Source of the DNA: Synechocystis sp. PCC 6803 substr. PCC-P
GTDB lineage: Bacteria; Cyanobacteriota; Cyanobacteriia; Cyanobacteriales; Microcystaceae
DNA length: 32,000 bases
Assembly (NCBI RefSeq): GCF_000284455.1
Contig: NC_017039.1
Span: 2,310,001-2,342,000 of the forward strand
Direction of reading: 5' to 3'
A program made the position numbers and the translations under genes. Below the pieces are notes generated by a model, which saw only the letters and a list, made by a program, of their open reading frames with translations, was not told the origin of the DNA and searched no databases. Below, piece by piece: positions 31,101 through 32,000 of this stretch; position 1 is the stretch's first letter, and each line of letters opens with the position of its first letter.

Positions 31101-31882
31101 AGTTACATTATCAACCGATTGTCTGTCTCAAGACTGGACAGTTACAGGGGGTTGAGGCCTTAGTGCGCTGGCAACATCCCGAAGAGGGTCTGATCCTACC
31201 CGAAGAATTTGTGGCGATCGCCGAGGAAACGGGCTTAATTGTGCCCATGGGGGATTGGATTCTCTGGGAAGCAAGCCGACAAATACTAGAACTTAAACAA
31301 AGTTTTCCCCAATTGTCCCATCTTCAAGTCAGTATTAACGTTTCCAGTCGGCAATTACGGGACCAACGGCTACTAAAAACAGTGGATGAAATTCTGTCCA
31401 GCACGAACCTGGCCCCCCAGGACCTCAAATTAGAAATTACCGAGAGTTTATTGATCGATAATTTGAACTTGGCCGCTGATGTACTGAAAAGTTTAAGGCA
31501 AAGAAATATCCAAATTTCCCTCGACGATTTTGGCACGGGCTATTCCTCCCTCAGCTACCTGCACCGCTTTCCCATTAACACCATTAAAGTGGACCGCTCC
31601 TTTGTGAACACCATGGAGCCCAACAACCAAAACACTGCCATTGTCCACACCATTGTGACCCTGGCCCACACCCTCGGATTAGACGTGATTGCCGAGGGCA
31701 TTGAAACGGAACGGCATCTAACCCAACTCCATTGGCTGGGGTGCGATGCAGGGCAAGGATATTATTTCGCCCGGCCTATTCCCTCAGAGGATTTGCTAGA
31801 TTTTTTAACCATCCAAATACCCCGTTGGTCTGTGCCCGCTGTGACAGAATGCCATGGGGATAGGAAAGAGCCATTTTCCTGA
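28148..31882 (+). CDS. GAF / LOV / PAS / GGDEF / EAL multidomain signalling protein (cyclic-di-GMP turnover), putative blue-light sensor
   Basis: 1244 aa; GAF region, LOV motif VIGQNCRFLL with NYRKDGASFWNHLYLSPI and NFIGIQTDVT, further PAS segments, LARLGGDEFTML, VEALVRWQHPEEG. Start codon uncertain. Confidence 0.93.
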   Translation: MDKGGKTYNLAMIPGDVVTPGTPFFAQMPWMNIWSRFKFPPMPWWVAKQRSLGGLSLTPSLWELERDNQERKPTATNLEHRQQREIDQLKRQLLEAEQAKEKLARELAQHQNSPSQPPPPVSGLQTALARLGQWGILSRDLYGFFDQATELIRTALGVDYCGLWELLPNRSALVLCAGDGWDKALVGNYTIDATNRSYAGYTIQHNGDRRMEDYEPIVELDLRISTKFRASPLLHNLGIVSGINLMVAGPRTAFGVLGVYSLTARKFTEEEIEFLKVASHILAAAIDRQEYEERLLLLQQAIDASSNGILITDALGSDNAVVYANQGFETITGFNREEVIGQNCRFLLNEDRQGEQNKQLEKLRTAIAHGQECEVVLKNYRKDGASFWNHLYLSPIYNQQNFLVNFIGIQTDVTQQKLAEQQLRASEEFFSSMIVTITDGLLIVDQEGIIQFVNPAAREMFKRQEGELLQQPFGIPFVADQATEITLTPLDGSMVVAEMRVSPIHWQKGKAFLVSLRDITEQHQARLALAESEKKYRYIVELTSEGIWILDQDQQTTFANQQLADMLGYSVQEILEKNITAFVLVIHHLPESQNSHQKTLQSFPRCVLPNHGQVYDVQFQRRDGSVLWGLVSRSAWYDQWGNYRGELAMLTDITKRKSAEQALSASEQRLEGILGSIQDVVWSADAVSFATLYLNPTTAMVYGQSLEVCYQSQNFWFEQVHPGDRLLLEYHLQLLMEKDQTELEYRIVQPGGKERWLFRRSQLVRDGEHQPLRIDSIDSDITERKLAAEKLHYNANHDSLTNLPNRSMFLDRLGHALQRNLRRRDLRFAVLFLDLDGFKIINDSLGHSCGDLLLQGIAHRLRQCLRPEDTLARLGGDEFTMLIENITCPEDVIAVAQRIHQELQKPFNLNGQEIFTNTSIGIALNHPHYGHPQDVLRDADTAMYRAKAAGKGRYAIFNQTMHHHAVQRLQRENDLRRAIDRQELQLHYQPIVCLKTGQLQGVEALVRWQHPEEGLILPEEFVAIAEETGLIVPMGDWILWEASRQILELKQSFPQLSHLQVSINVSSRQLRDQRLLKTVDEILSSTNLAPQDLKLEITESLLIDNLNLAADVLKSLRQRNIQISLDDFGTGYSSLSYLHRFPINTIKVDRSFVNTMEPNNQNTAIVHTIVTLAHTLGLDVIAEGIETERHLTQLHWLGCDAGQGYYFARPIPSEDLLDFLTIQIPRWSVPAVTECHGDRKEPFS

Positions 31883-32000
31883 AAATAGTGACAAAATAAC
31901 GATTTTTTACCGGGGATGAAGTAGCCTTTGTATGTCGGCGACCAGTCGGCTCAGCTTTCCATTTTCTACATAGGTCTATGAGTGCTACGGCGATCGCCCC

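Noticed and set aside
29471-31536. Small ORFs on both strands within the GGDEF/EAL gene
   Set aside because: All overlap a single long frame with clear GAF, PAS, GGDEF and EAL motifs.
1-32000. tRNA, rRNA, CRISPR array, prophage or retron
   Set aside because: No cloverleaf-like gene, rRNA core sequence, spacer array, phage structural gene or reverse transcriptase seen in the sequence or ORF translations; a covariance-model scan would be needed to exclude small RNAs.

Overview
This 32 kb window is cyanobacterial chromosome. Gene content and a strong HIP1 (GCGATCGC) signature match Synechocystis sp. PCC 6803 or a close relative (inference, no database search done). Supported content in window order: 5' part of gcvT (-), dnaK (-), ftn2/zipN/ARC6-like division gene (-), two small hypotheticals, fused CobA-HemD (-), a 1693-aa STAND-like NTPase with about 15 WD40 repeats (-), coiled-coil protein (-), disrupted dynamin-like GTPase (+) followed by an IS4-type element and a degenerate IS5-type element, recO (+), small hypothetical (-), a transposase relic (+), cytochrome b561-like protein (-), glgB (-), MBL-fold hydrolase (-), hypothetical (-), PD-(D/E)XK-like protein (+), pyrE (+), yvcK-like (-), leuA (+), and a GAF-LOV-PAS-GGDEF-EAL protein (+). 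The most interesting region is 13690-16997. There a dynamin-like GTPase gene is cut by an IS4-type element. An open C-terminal reading frame resumes directly after that element and is itself split by an 871-bp IS5-type element with a TTA target duplication. Removing the IS5-type element restores an open frame that is absent from the supplied ORF track. No clearly new system can be demonstrated. The WD40/STAND protein next to a dynamin-like GTPase is a plausible but unproven remnant of a defence or stress module.
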